Origin: a bacterium
GTDB lineage: Bacteria > J088 > JAWLBW01
Direction: 5' to 3'
Length of the DNA stretch: 64,000 nt
NCBI GenBank assembly: GCA_041690355.1
Contig: JAWLHK010000010.1
Span: 1-64,000, forward strand
Shown: in pieces, positions 30,296 through 39,995 of the stretch
Layout of the letters: every line of letters begins with the position of its first letter
Position numbering within the stretch: the stretch's first letter is position 1
Translations under genes and position numbers: made by a program
The notes under the pieces: generated by a model
Databases searched by the model: none
What the model was told of the DNA's origin: nothing
What the model saw: only the letters and a program-made list of their open reading frames with translations

Positions 30296-31750
30296 ATGCC
30301 CAAATCCCGTCTCCGCGTGTTGGCGCTGGCCGGCGCAGTCCTGTTTTTCGGATCGCACGGTATTGAAACCGCAGAGGCCCAGCAGCGCACGCCGAGGCAG
30401 GACTCGGGAAAAAAGGCCGGCGACCTGCCGGTGCCTCGCAAAGGGGACACCAGCTACATGCCCGTGGCGACGACCAAGCCGTTCGCCGAGGTCTACCGCA
30501 CCATGCGCGCCGGCAAGGCCGACGTCATGAAGAAGCAGCGCGGGCTGCTCGAAGAGCGCTACGACCTGGCGAACCGGTCCGTGCGCGGCGTGACCATGTC
30601 AGGAGGCAAGCCGGTGCAGGGCGGCGTGCGCGTGAAGCTCCCCCGCGGCGTCACCTGGGCGCAGCTGGCCGAAATGGCCCCCGCCGAGATCAAGCGCCGC
30701 GGGCTCTGGCCCAAAGGATTCCTTCCGCTTCCGCACCCCTTTCACGACGAAGGGGGGATGGTCTTTCCCGAAAGTCATATCGAGGAAATCCGCCGCCAGG
30801 AGGGGCGAAACCTCGAGCGCTTCGACGTGGACTTCGATCTGCCGGAGCACTTCCTCCCTCCGTTTCCGCCAGCCATCTTTCTGACGACCCGCCCCGATCT
30901 CGGTGACGTCTCGCAGGGGCAGGTGGTGACCACCCAGAATTTCTTCGCGTTGTTCAACGGCATTCTCAACCCGAAGCAGCTCGAAGGGGTGCGCCTTCTC
31001 GTCTCCCAGTTCCCCCAGCAGCAGTTCAACATGACCGACGACCGGCGCAGCGAGAAGCCGCACCTGGGTGTCAGCTGCTTCGACTGCCACACGAACGGAC
31101 ACACCAACGGTGCGACCCATCTCGTGGGTGACATCCGACCGCAACCCTTCCGACGGCGCATCGACACCCCGTCGCTGCGCGGCGTGAACCAGCAGCGCCT
31201 GTTCGGCTCGCAGCGCGCCCTGCGCACCGTCGAAGACTTCACGGAATTCGAACAGCGGGCCGCCTACTTCGACGGCGACATCGTGATCGCGCAGAAGAAG
31301 GGGGTCAATTTTCTCGAGCGGGGGAGCGAGGTGCACGCCATGGCCGAGTTCCAGGAGATTCTCGACTTTCCGCCGGCCCCCAAGCTCGACGTCTTCAGCC
31401 GCCTCGACACCGCGCTGGCGACAGAGCAGGAGCTGCGCGGTGAGCAGATCTTCTTTACCAAAGGGCGCTGCGCAGAATGTCACGCGCCGCCGATTTTCAG
31501 CGACAACTTCATGCACGACCTGAAAACCGAACGGTTCTTCGAACCGGTTCTCATCGCAGGGCGCATGGCGGTGGCCGATGGGGCGATCAAGACGTTTCCA
31601 CTGCGGGGAATCAAGGACAGCCCGCCCTACCTGCACGACGGGCGGCTGCTCACGCTTGACGACACGGTCGAGTTTTTCAACCTGGTGCTCGGCCTGCGGC
31701 TGACCGCGCAGGAGAAGAAGGATCTCGTGGCGTATCTGTATACGCTTTGA
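30296..31750 (+). CDS. Diheme cytochrome c peroxidase / MauG superfamily protein
   Basis: CFDCH and CAECH; DTPSLRG; KTFPLRGIKDSPPYLHDG; signal peptide; GGAGG before ATG 30296. Confidence 0.88.
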   Translation: MPKSRLRVLALAGAVLFFGSHGIETAEAQQRTPRQDSGKKAGDLPVPRKGDTSYMPVATTKPFAEVYRTMRAGKADVMKKQRGLLEERYDLANRSVRGVTMSGGKPVQGGVRVKLPRGVTWAQLAEMAPAEIKRRGLWPKGFLPLPHPFHDEGGMVFPESHIEEIRRQEGRNLERFDVDFDLPEHFLPPFPPAIFLTTRPDLGDVSQGQVVTTQNFFALFNGILNPKQLEGVRLLVSQFPQQQFNMTDDRRSEKPHLGVSCFDCHTNGHTNGATHLVGDIRPQPFRRRIDTPSLRGVNQQRLFGSQRALRTVEDFTEFEQRAAYFDGDIVIAQKKGVNFLERGSEVHAMAEFQEILDFPPAPKLDVFSRLDTALATEQELRGEQIFFTKGRCAECHAPPIFSDNFMHDLKTERFFEPVLIAGRMAVADGAIKTFPLRGIKDSPPYLHDGRLLTLDDTVEFFNLVLGLRLTAQEKKDLVAYLYTL

Positions 31751-32070
31751 GCCGGAATCATTGCTGTCCAGGAAGCGCAGCCTTGCCGGACGGAAACCGT
31801 GAGGTTCCGGCCGGTTTGCCTTCCTGCTCGTTGCTTCCGTGAAGCAAGTTGGCAGCTTCATGAGCGTACGGATAACCGTTCGCCCGCGCTGTGCCTGCCC
31901 TGTGCTTGGCGAAGGGTCGAGGGCCTGGAATGTCTGGGCGACTTTGCTCGTGGCATGAGTCAAGTGCGCGGTTTTTCGCCTCGAACACGCTGTTCATGCG
32001 GCGCTGGCCTTTCGAATGCGACGTCACCCTTGCGAGACCAGGACCTCCGTATTGAACTTCGGTTCCCAAA

Positions 32071-32210
32071 GACCGGCTCCTCAAGGGCGAACGGTGACGC
32101 GCTGAGACTATTTTGGACACGACTGATTTTCGATTGACGATTTGCCCGCAGGGGCGTGGATTCTGACAGCCCTTGCTTGTCCCCCACTCTCCCACTCCCC
32201 CGCTCCCCCG
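32071..32210. repeat. Dispersed repeat copy B ending in a C-rich octamer tract
   Basis: Diverged direct copy of 30046-30232. Confidence 0.75.
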
Positions 32211-32248
32211 TCGTGTATCATGAAGTTCATGCCTCACGGCCGCGAACC

Positions 32249-33286
32249 ATGCTCCACCTGAAGTCTCGCTATCACGGATTCCGCCTCGAGCGCATGCAGG
32301 CGTCGCCGCGCTACATCAAGGGCGCCTTCCGCAACACGGCGCGGGTCGGACCGGGGCTGCAGCATGGCAATGCGTGGCCGGTCGTGGGGGAATTCTTCCT
32401 CGGCGGGCAACAGCGCAAGCCCCCCGCACCGCTGCCGACGACCGATCCGCGGGACACGTGGGCGTGGCCCATCGCCAGCGGGCTTCGCGCGACCTGGCTC
32501 GGTCACTCCACCGTTCTCGTGGAGATCGACGGCGTTCGCCTCCTCACCGATCCGGTCTGGGGGCTGCGTGCCTCGCCGGTCGGGTTCGCGGGCCCCAAAC
32601 GCTTCCAGCCGGTGCCCGTGCAGGTGAATCAGCTGCCGCCCCTCGACGCGGTCCTGATTTCACATGATCATTACGACCATCTCGATTACCCGACGATCCG
32701 CGCGCTGGCGCCGACCGGCGTTCCCTTCGTGACCTCGCTGGGGGTCGGCGCGCATCTCGAAGCATGGGGCATCCCCCCCGAGCGCATCCATGAGCTCGAC
32801 TGGTGGGATTCCTTCCGCATTCCCCGCAGCGAGGTCGTCGTCACGGCGGCCCCTTCGCACCACTTCTCGGGCCGCAGCGCCCTCGGGCAGAATGCGACGC
32901 TGTGGTCCTCCTTCGCCGTGCGGGGTCCGCGCAATGCGTTCTTCTTCAGCGGCGACACCGGGCTCACGGAGGAATACGCGGAGATCCGCGCTCGGCTCGG
33001 ACCGTTCGATCTGACGATGCTCGAGGTCGGCGCCTTCCACCCGTCCTGGGGGCAGATCCATCTGGGCCCTGAGAACGCCCTGAAGGCTCACGCGCTGCTG
33101 GGCGGCGGCCGGCTGCTCCCCGTCCACTGGGGAACGTTCAATCTGGCCCTGCACGCCTGGGACGACCCGGCCGAAGCGCTTCTGCAGCGCGCACCCGATC
33201 AGGGAACGCAGCTGATCATGCCGATGCTCGGACAGCCGGTCGAGCCGGTGCAGGTGGAGCGCGTGGCGCCGTGGTGGCGACGGTAG
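32249..33286 (+). CDS. MBL-fold metallo-hydrolase (RomA/NAPE-PLD-like)
   Basis: WLGHST, TDPVW, SHDHYDHLD, FSGDTG, PVHWGTF. Start uncertain. Confidence 0.9.
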   Translation: MLHLKSRYHGFRLERMQASPRYIKGAFRNTARVGPGLQHGNAWPVVGEFFLGGQQRKPPAPLPTTDPRDTWAWPIASGLRATWLGHSTVLVEIDGVRLLTDPVWGLRASPVGFAGPKRFQPVPVQVNQLPPLDAVLISHDHYDHLDYPTIRALAPTGVPFVTSLGVGAHLEAWGIPPERIHELDWWDSFRIPRSEVVVTAAPSHHFSGRSALGQNATLWSSFAVRGPRNAFFFSGDTGLTEEYAEIRARLGPFDLTMLEVGAFHPSWGQIHLGPENALKAHALLGGGRLLPVHWGTFNLALHAWDDPAEALLQRAPDQGTQLIMPMLGQPVEPVQVERVAPWWRR

Positions 33287-33358
33287 GCAATACCGGGCGC
33301 CGCACAGCGCCGGCCTCGCCTCTCCGCGCGCGTGCCGCGCACCTGTTATCCTGATCCG

Positions 33359-33574
33359 ATGAAGATCGAACTGCTCACCACCGAAGAACTGGCGCTCGAA
33401 ATCCAGGGGCGCGGGCTCGAAGTTCAATACCTCTCGCACCTTGCCATCCGTCTGGGATTCTCGACGGATGACGGCTGGACCGAAGAGCTGATGGCCGCCA
33501 TCGAAAGCGCGCCGTTCGACCTGCGCCGCGCGGCCGCCGAGCATGCGCTGCGCGTGGCGCTCGAGCGGAACTAG
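33359..33574 (+). CDS. Small hypothetical protein (71 aa)
   Basis: Codon usage like neighbouring genes; extended -10 TGtTATCCT 6 nt before the ATG. Confidence 0.65.
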   Translation: MKIELLTTEELALEIQGRGLEVQYLSHLAIRLGFSTDDGWTEELMAAIESAPFDLRRAAAEHALRVALERN

Positions 33575-33695
33575 AAGCGGACCCATCTGTCTCCTAGCAG
33601 TCTCCCCGCGCAGTCTGCTACAGTACTCCGCGAAGCTGCCATCTGGTGCCATCCCGGCAGCTTCCCCCGGCATCCCGCCGCGGGAGGAGTTACCC

Positions 33696-34742
33696 ATGAA
33701 ATATGTTGCTGAAACCGTGAGCCTCGTGTTCGCCATAGCGGCGATTACGGGCTGCGGCACCGATCCGGGCGCGATCACCGACGCCGCCCGCGATCAGGCC
33801 GCGCAGGCCACTGCCGCCGCGCTCCGCCTGAAAGAAGGCGAAGTCTTCGCCTACAAGACGTCTGATATCGAAACCGTCATCCCGGTCCGCATCGAAGTCG
33901 ACGGGAGCTTCGCCGAGCAGGATGGCCTGTTCGTGAGAACCGCCGAACATGTCGCCGTGCGCAAGGTGATGGGCCGCACCCGCGTCGCGAACGCCGGCGT
34001 CGACGGCTTCGCCATCCATGAAGTTTCCCAGAAGACGGTCGATACCGAGAAGGTCGACAACGTGACCGAAGACTATGGCGCTTCGGCTCCCGAACCCTCT
34101 GCGTTCGTGCTGTTCGACCTCGACGGCTGGGTACGCCGCATCGAGTCGGGCTCGGCCACCGACGAAGACGACACGATGGGCGAAGCCGAGTATCCCCTGC
34201 GTCCGCGCGCCGGCTTTTACTATGTTGACGACCGCGGTCAGACCTACCAAGCCACTGAGGAGAAGTTGACCGTTGCCGGCATCGCAGGGATGAAACTCGT
34301 GGCCCGCCGCGCGGCCCCGGTGCTGTCGCTCGAAGAGTTCTTCGAGACCTGTTACGTCGTTCAGCCGGCGGAAAGCGGAATTCCGGACTACGTGGACATC
34401 ATGTTCAACCCTGCCGCGCAGTGCTTCGGACCCAACGGGTTTGTGAGGAAGACAGGCGCCCCCGCTCCCCTCTTTCTCCTGAGCGGAGAGGCCTCGCTCA
34501 TCGTCGGGGATCAGCTTGCGCTTCAGAGATCGGCAGAGTCTGTCTCGGTCGGCGTCGATCGCATTCATTGCGGACCGGGCCAGTTCGTGAGCCCCGGCGC
34601 TGAAATGGTCGACTGCGACAAGAAGCTGAACGAGATCTATCTCGAGGGGTACCGGATTACGAAGACGGTACAGACGCAGCTCGTGAAGCGCGAGGTGAGC
34701 GCCGACCCCGCCGCCCTGCCCCGAATCGAAGACGCGGACTGA
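33696..34742 (+). CDS. Hypothetical lipoprotein
   Basis: GGAGGAG RBS; lipobox ITGC. Confidence 0.8.
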   Translation: MKYVAETVSLVFAIAAITGCGTDPGAITDAARDQAAQATAAALRLKEGEVFAYKTSDIETVIPVRIEVDGSFAEQDGLFVRTAEHVAVRKVMGRTRVANAGVDGFAIHEVSQKTVDTEKVDNVTEDYGASAPEPSAFVLFDLDGWVRRIESGSATDEDDTMGEAEYPLRPRAGFYYVDDRGQTYQATEEKLTVAGIAGMKLVARRAAPVLSLEEFFETCYVVQPAESGIPDYVDIMFNPAAQCFGPNGFVRKTGAPAPLFLLSGEASLIVGDQLALQRSAESVSVGVDRIHCGPGQFVSPGAEMVDCDKKLNEIYLEGYRITKTVQTQLVKREVSADPAALPRIEDAD

Positions 34743-34752
34743 GGAGACCATC

Positions 34753-35760
34753 ATGAAACCGATGAAAACCCTGATGACCATCCTCGCCGCGGCCGCCGTA
34801 TCGGCCTGTGCCCTTTCCGACACCGAAATCCGAGAGGCGCTCGACGAGGCCGCAGCCACCCCGAGTACGCTCGACTTCAAGGTCGGCCAGGCGTGGACCG
34901 AGAAGACCGTGACGCACGAGTACATCGCGACAATGAAGCTGGAAAAGGGCAAGTTCGAGTACTGCGCCATGGACAGCTTCATGACGGGCACAGCATGTCC
35001 GACGGTTGACGGCATCGTCACCGTGACGGAAGACGAAGCCGTGCACCATGTCGTCGGCGAAGCCGACCTCGCCGGTCTGGCGCTCCCCGGGTTTGCCGTG
35101 CGCGCCACGTGGACGACCCATGCGCGACTTGAAAACTGGGACCCCCGTTCGAACACGATGACCTCGACGGGTACGCCGGCGAAATCGGTGGCGACGGGCG
35201 TCTACGCGCTCGGCGAAGCCAATGGTTTCGTGGTGTCGGCGGCGATGGGTGACCACGATGAATCGCGTGGAAGCGCCCTGTATCCGAGCCATCCGGTTGC
35301 GGGCGAAGCGTTCTCCGATGACCGCGGCAACACCTGGCGCGTCACCGAGGCGACCACGGTCACGATCGGCGACCAGAAGAACCTGAAGGCCCACCGCGCG
35401 GTCAAGCTGGCGAACCTTCAGGCAGGCCCCATCGACCATGCTTTCCTGCTGAAGAACTGCGTGCTGATGCTGCAGGTCGGCGACACCGAATGGGAGCTGA
35501 AGTCGCTGAAAGGTCCGGGAGACATCTGCCGGAATCCCTTCCTCCTCGAGGAGCGCACCGAAATCGTCGTGGCGAAGGATCTGCAGGTTCAGCTGCGCAC
35601 GCACCGGCGGCAGCTTCGTTTTGATGAGGCGCTCGGCCGCCGCGACGACGGCACCGCGTGGAACTTCTACGACGAGACGCTGGGCGAAGAGAGCATCCTG
35701 TTCATCCTCGTTGAAGAATACACGACTACCGAGTCTGACATCATCTCGCTTACGTACTGA
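34753..35760 (+). CDS. Hypothetical lipoprotein, probable paralogue of the upstream gene
   Basis: GAGGAG RBS; lipobox VSAC; shares YP..P.AG....DDRG.T...TE with the upstream protein. Confidence 0.8.
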   Translation: MKPMKTLMTILAAAAVSACALSDTEIREALDEAAATPSTLDFKVGQAWTEKTVTHEYIATMKLEKGKFEYCAMDSFMTGTACPTVDGIVTVTEDEAVHHVVGEADLAGLALPGFAVRATWTTHARLENWDPRSNTMTSTGTPAKSVATGVYALGEANGFVVSAAMGDHDESRGSALYPSHPVAGEAFSDDRGNTWRVTEATTVTIGDQKNLKAHRAVKLANLQAGPIDHAFLLKNCVLMLQVGDTEWELKSLKGPGDICRNPFLLEERTEIVVAKDLQVQLRTHRRQLRFDEALGRRDDGTAWNFYDETLGEESILFILVEEYTTTESDIISLTY

Positions 35761-35783
35761 ACCGTCGAGCTCGCACATTTACG

Positions 35784-35813
35784 AAGCCCCGGTCAGCGGA
35801 CCGGGGCTTTTTT
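35784..35813 (+). terminator. Intrinsic terminator
   Basis: AAGCCCCGGTC-AGCG-GACCGGGGCTT followed by a T run; overlaps the stop of the convergent ABC-F gene. Confidence 0.85.
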
Positions 35814-37415
35814 CGTTTTCGGCAGCGTCGACAGCTCGAGTTCCCGGTCAATCCCGACATCGACGAGAAACTGCTGATCGTGACTGACGATGATCAGCGC
35901 GCCGCGGTAGTTGCGGAGGGCGCCGGCGACGGCTTCCATCGCGTTGATGTCGAGGTGGTTGTCCGGTTCGTCGAGCAGCAGCAGATCAGGCGTCTGATCG
36001 GCGGCGAGAAGGCAGGCCAGTGCCGCGCGCACCCGTTCACCCCCACTCAGGACCGACGTGTCCTTGTAGACGGCGTCGTTGGGGAACCCGAATCGCGCGA
36101 GAAGCAGCCGCAGTTCGTCTTCGGGCCGCTGCGAACGTCGCCGCGCATTCTCGAGGATCGTCCCCGGCGCAAGCGCCTCGGTGTGCTGGTCGAGCCAGGC
36201 CGAGCGGGTCGTATTCAGAACTACCGTTCCGCTGCGCGGCTTCAACAGTCCCGCGGCCAGGCGCAGCAACACGGTTTTTCCCGTACCATTCGCCCCTGTC
36301 ACCGCGATGCGATCGCCCGCCTTCACGACAAGGTTCACCGGGGCGCGCCAGAGATCGGGCCCATTGCCGAACCCGTGGTTCACGCCGTCGAGCGTGAGCA
36401 ATGTGCGGCGCGGGCGGAGCTCGGTCCCCAGATCGACCGCAATCTCCCGTTCTGCGTCGATGCGGGCCCGCGCGGCCGCGAGGGTCTTGCGGGCGGCATC
36501 GACCCGATCGTCATGCGTTTCGCGCAGGCGGCCGGCTGTCTTTTCTGCATTCCGCTTACGCATGCCGGCGAGGATCTTCGGCATGCCGCCGCGCTCGCGG
36601 AATTCACGGGCGCCGCGGCTCGTGCGCCGCTGCTGCCGCTCGGCGGCCAGGCGAGCCTGACGCTCGGCATCGTCCAATGTCTCGCGAGCGGCCTGCACGG
36701 CCTGGTGCGCGGCCGCGGCCTCGATGGACTTCTGCTCGCGATAGAAGGCGTAATTGCCGCCGTACAGCCGCAAACCATGAGCGGAGAGCTCGGCGATCTG
36801 GTCAACGAGGGCCAGCAGCCGCCGATCATGGCTCGCGAGCACCAGCCCGCCGCTCCACGAGCGGACGAACTCGCGGACAAAGCCGCGCCCTCCCGTATCG
36901 AGGTGATTGGTCGGTTCGTCGAGAAGAAGGAAGCCGGGATCGGCGAGCAGCAGACCGGCAAAGCGCACGCGCACCCGCTCGCCCCCGCTGAGCCGCGAAA
37001 CGGCATCCTCGGGCGCCAGGTAGCCGACGCCGCAGCGCTCGAGGCTCGCCTGGATTCTTTCCTCCAGGTCCCAGAGGCCGTCGAGCGCGGCAAGGTCCTC
37101 GACGCTCGCGGTTCCGGCCAGCGCGCGTCGCAGGCGGGGCAAGGTCTCGCCGCAGCCCAGCAGATCGCAGACGGAACCGACTTCGTGCAGCGGCGAAGAC
37201 TGCGGGAGCCAGGCAACGGCGGCCGGCCGCTCGACGCCGCCGTGCGTCGGCGCAAGCCGTCCGGCGAGAATGGAAAGCAGCGTGGACTTGCCCGCGCCGT
37301 TGGCCCCGACGAGCCCGGTGCGAAGCCGGCCGAACGTAACTTGAAGATTCTGAAAGAGAGGCGTGCCGTCGGGCAGTGCATACCCGAGGCCGGAAACCGA
37401 GATAGAACCGTGCAT
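35793..37415 (-). CDS. ABC-F family ATP-binding protein
   Basis: Two ABC domains (GANGAGKS/LSGGE/LDEPTNHLD and GANGTGKT/LSGGE/LDEPDNHLD), a long interdomain linker, no TM segments. Confidence 0.92.
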   Translation of the reverse strand: MHGSISVSGLGYALPDGTPLFQNLQVTFGRLRTGLVGANGAGKSTLLSILAGRLAPTHGGVERPAAVAWLPQSSPLHEVGSVCDLLGCGETLPRLRRALAGTASVEDLAALDGLWDLEERIQASLERCGVGYLAPEDAVSRLSGGERVRVRFAGLLLADPGFLLLDEPTNHLDTGGRGFVREFVRSWSGGLVLASHDRRLLALVDQIAELSAHGLRLYGGNYAFYREQKSIEAAAAHQAVQAARETLDDAERQARLAAERQQRRTSRGAREFRERGGMPKILAGMRKRNAEKTAGRLRETHDDRVDAARKTLAAARARIDAEREIAVDLGTELRPRRTLLTLDGVNHGFGNGPDLWRAPVNLVVKAGDRIAVTGANGTGKTVLLRLAAGLLKPRSGTVVLNTTRSAWLDQHTEALAPGTILENARRRSQRPEDELRLLLARFGFPNDAVYKDTSVLSGGERVRAALACLLAADQTPDLLLLDEPDNHLDINAMEAVAGALRNYRGALIIVSHDQQFLVDVGIDRELELSTLPKTKKAPVR

Positions 37416-37496
37416 GACCGAACTCCAGCAAAGGAGTGGACTTGTACGCCCGCGCCGTGCGCGGACAGCTTCAGTCTGGTTCGGTCAGGCAGTCAT
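37415..37496 (-). promoter_or_regulatory. Structured 5' leader of the ABC-F gene (candidate translational attenuator)
   Basis: TGACCGAAC-CAG (37487-37476) can pair with CTG-GA-GTTCGGTCA, which covers the SD and start. Alternative ACTCC/GGAGT hairpin. Mini-ORF ATG ACT GCC TGA at 37496-37485. Confidence 0.5.
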
Positions 37497-37774
37497 AATG
37501 GGCCTTGCCGGGGCGCGGGTTTCACGCTGGACAAGGCGCTGGGGACTCCGGGGTTCCAGGTTCTTTTTCAGCGTAGCATGGCCGCCCGCGGTGCACAAAG
37601 GCGCGCGGACACTTTCGGTTGTGATTCGGGGCAGCGCGCGGGCGGGGTGCTGGTCCCTGGTCCCTGGGCGCTGGGGGGAATTCCGGTGAAGTATCGCGAA
37701 GCGAGTTCTGGATCCGGGTTTTTCGTCCCCCACTCTCCCCCTCCCCCACTCCCCCACTCCTCCTGTGGAGCCCC

Positions 37775-38212
37775 CTACCCCTCGAGCACCCGCTTGAGCA
37801 CCTGCACATCCTTCCGGTTTGCCCTTCGCATCGCCGCGCGAAGGATCGGCGCCGTCCACGCCGCGAAGCCAGTCGCTTCGCCACGGTTGCGCAACGTCAT
37901 CCGGGTACGTCCGTCGCCCGAAGGCGTCCACTCGTACGAGGTCTCCATGGGAAACGGGCCCTCCGCCGTGCGCATGACCAGCCGGCGCTCCGGAATCAGT
38001 TCCGTGATCTCATACGTGTATGCCAGCCGGCGGCCGAGAAAGTGAGCGACGAACGCAACCCGCGATCCGACCTGAAGGGGTGGCGGCGTCTGCCACTCGA
38101 CCGCCTTGATGTTCACGTACCATTCGGGCGCGTGGTCGGGATTGCCCGCATAGGCGGCCACCGCGGACACCGGGCGCTCGATTTCGATTTCGGTCAGGAT
38201 GTCGACGTGCAT
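37775..38212 (-). CDS. SRPBCC / polyketide cyclase-dehydrase family protein
   Basis: EIEIERPVSAVAAYAGNPDHAPEWYVNI..GPFPMETSYEW; AAGGA RBS. Confidence 0.88.
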   Translation of the reverse strand: MHVDILTEIEIERPVSAVAAYAGNPDHAPEWYVNIKAVEWQTPPPLQVGSRVAFVAHFLGRRLAYTYEITELIPERRLVMRTAEGPFPMETSYEWTPSGDGRTRMTLRNRGEATGFAAWTAPILRAAMRRANRKDVQVLKRVLEG

Positions 38213-38229
38213 CTTATCCTTGAGAGCGG

Positions 38230-38541
38230 TCAGCGAAGGAAAAACAGCCACACGAGTAACGATAGAGGCACAAATGTCCACATCCAACCGAGGACCGTCG
38301 ATAGTACGGGCCGCGTCAATCCCGCTTTGCGTGACCGGAGTTCAAAGAAAATCTGTCCAGAAACCTGCACTGCAATAAGTCCACAGACGGCCGCTCGCCC
38401 TGCCAGCTGCCAGTACGGTCCCTCGCCATAATAATAGGAAAGCGCGAGCACGCCAATCATCGGCGGATAAAGAAACGCGAACGCCAAGGCGCCGTTTCGA
38501 GCGCGCTTCTCCAGTATTGTCTGCGTCGGCTCAATCGCCAT
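38230..38541 (-). CDS. Small membrane protein
   Basis: 103 aa with three hydrophobic segments; lower GC than neighbours. Confidence 0.55.
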   Translation of the reverse strand: MAIEPTQTILEKRARNGALAFAFLYPPMIGVLALSYYYGEGPYWQLAGRAAVCGLIAVQVSGQIFFELRSRKAGLTRPVLSTVLGWMWTFVPLSLLVWLFFLR

Positions 38542-38686
38542 TCGGAACTCGGCAGTAAAGGTGCGCGAAGGATCAGCTTAGCATCCCTTTGTGAGATACT
38601 GCTCGAAAGACTGGTCTTTCTTATGCTGGCGGTCACTTAGATTCAATGCGAGAATTCTGTATCAGCGCTTCACCGGTTGGCCCCTG

Positions 38687-39565
38687 ATGTACTCACGCCT
38701 CACTCTCGCCGCCCTCGCCCTCCTTCCCCTCTTCGCCTGCGGCGCCGACGCGCCGGCGCCGCGGAAGGACCTCGCCAAGTGCGCGCTCGAGAACGTGTGC
38801 GGTACCGGCCCGATTTACGCCGCTGACCTGATCGACTTCGCGGTGAAGGCTTCGGACGGAACACTCCCCGGCTTCGATATCGACGGCTTCCAGAGCGGCC
38901 ACCGCGATCCCGACGGCTGCAACGCGCCCGATTTCACCTCGCCCGAAGGAGTTCCGGGAATCGACAACCAGCTCGGAGCCATCCTCTCGGGCCTGCCGCC
39001 GCAGGTGGCGAACATCGTGCCGGCCACGGTGGCCTCGAGCATCCGCGACGGCGGCCTGCTCCTGCTGGTTGAACTCATGGACCTGGACGGCGAAGCCGGA
39101 AGCGAGAACGGTGCGGTCTTCCGCTACGGCGCCGGCACGCCGCTCCTGGGGACCGATGCGATGCTGCTCCCGAACCAGACGTTCACGCTGGACGCCGATC
39201 CGCTGCTGGGTTTCGTGGACGGCGTGCGCAGGCAGGACGGCGGCTTCGCGGGGGGCCCGTTCACGCTGCGCTTCCGCATGCGCTTCATTTCGACGCCGGT
39301 GGAGTTCCGCCTGCAGCGTGCGCGGTTCGCCTTTGCGCCCAACGCCGAGGGGCAGCTCGAAGGGGTTGTGGGGGGCGCCATCACGAACGACGATCTGCTC
39401 GGCGTGCTCGACCTGCTCGGCGGCGACGATACGGAACTCCGTGAAACGCTGAAGGCACTGCTCCCCCCCTTCGCCGACGTCATGGATCCCGAGACGGGAA
39501 AGTGCGATGCCCTTTCGGCCGCCGTCAAGGTGCGTCTGGTTCCCGCGTTCATTCACAAGGACTGA
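38687..39565 (+). CDS. Hypothetical lipoprotein
   Basis: Lipobox LFAC; GFDIDG..GCNAPDFTSPEGVPGIDNQLG segment. Confidence 0.8.
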   Translation: MYSRLTLAALALLPLFACGADAPAPRKDLAKCALENVCGTGPIYAADLIDFAVKASDGTLPGFDIDGFQSGHRDPDGCNAPDFTSPEGVPGIDNQLGAILSGLPPQVANIVPATVASSIRDGGLLLLVELMDLDGEAGSENGAVFRYGAGTPLLGTDAMLLPNQTFTLDADPLLGFVDGVRRQDGGFAGGPFTLRFRMRFISTPVEFRLQRARFAFAPNAEGQLEGVVGGAITNDDLLGVLDLLGGDDTELRETLKALLPPFADVMDPETGKCDALSAAVKVRLVPAFIHKD

Positions 39566-39566
39566 A

Positions 39567-39995
39567 GGCCCCCTGTCGTCCCCCGTCAGGGGGACCCAAT
39601 ACCAAGGGTTCCAGTCCCGTGAGCGGAAGTCTGCGGATCGCCTCGGTCCTTGCTTCTCAGGAATCAAGAATCAGGAATCGCTATGCGCGCGTGAGCACAC
39701 GGTTCCGGCCCCCCTGTCGTCCCCCGTCAGGGGGACCCAATACCAAGGGTTCCAGTCCCGTGAGCGGAAGTCTGCGGTTCGCCTCGGTCCTTGCTTCTCA
39801 GGAATCAAGAATCAGGAATCAGGAATCGCTATGCGCGCGTGAGCACACGGTTCCGGCCCCCCTGTCGTCCCCCGTCAGGGGGACCCAATACCAAGGGTTC
39901 CAGTCCGTGAGCGGAAGTCTGCGGTTCGCCTGGGCACTTGCTTCTCAGGAATCAAGAATCAGGAATCAGGAATCGCTACGCCCGCGAGAGCACAC
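39567..39995. repeat. Three tandem 140-148 bp units with a REP-like hairpin and a heptamer run
   Basis: Units start at 39567, 39707 and 39855. Each has GTCCCCC-GTCA-GGGGGAC and 3-4 copies of A(G/A)GAATC. Confidence 0.95.

Noticed and set aside
32217-32261. Frameshift or uORF at the MBL hydrolase start (TATCAT-7-ATG at 32229 is out of frame)
   Set aside because: An in-frame ATG exists at 32249, and the options cannot be separated without homologue alignment or reads.
39567-39995. CRISPR array, or coding ORFs 39502..40446 and 39507..39842
   Set aside because: Whole units are duplicated with no spacers, and the ORFs are just translations of the repeat.
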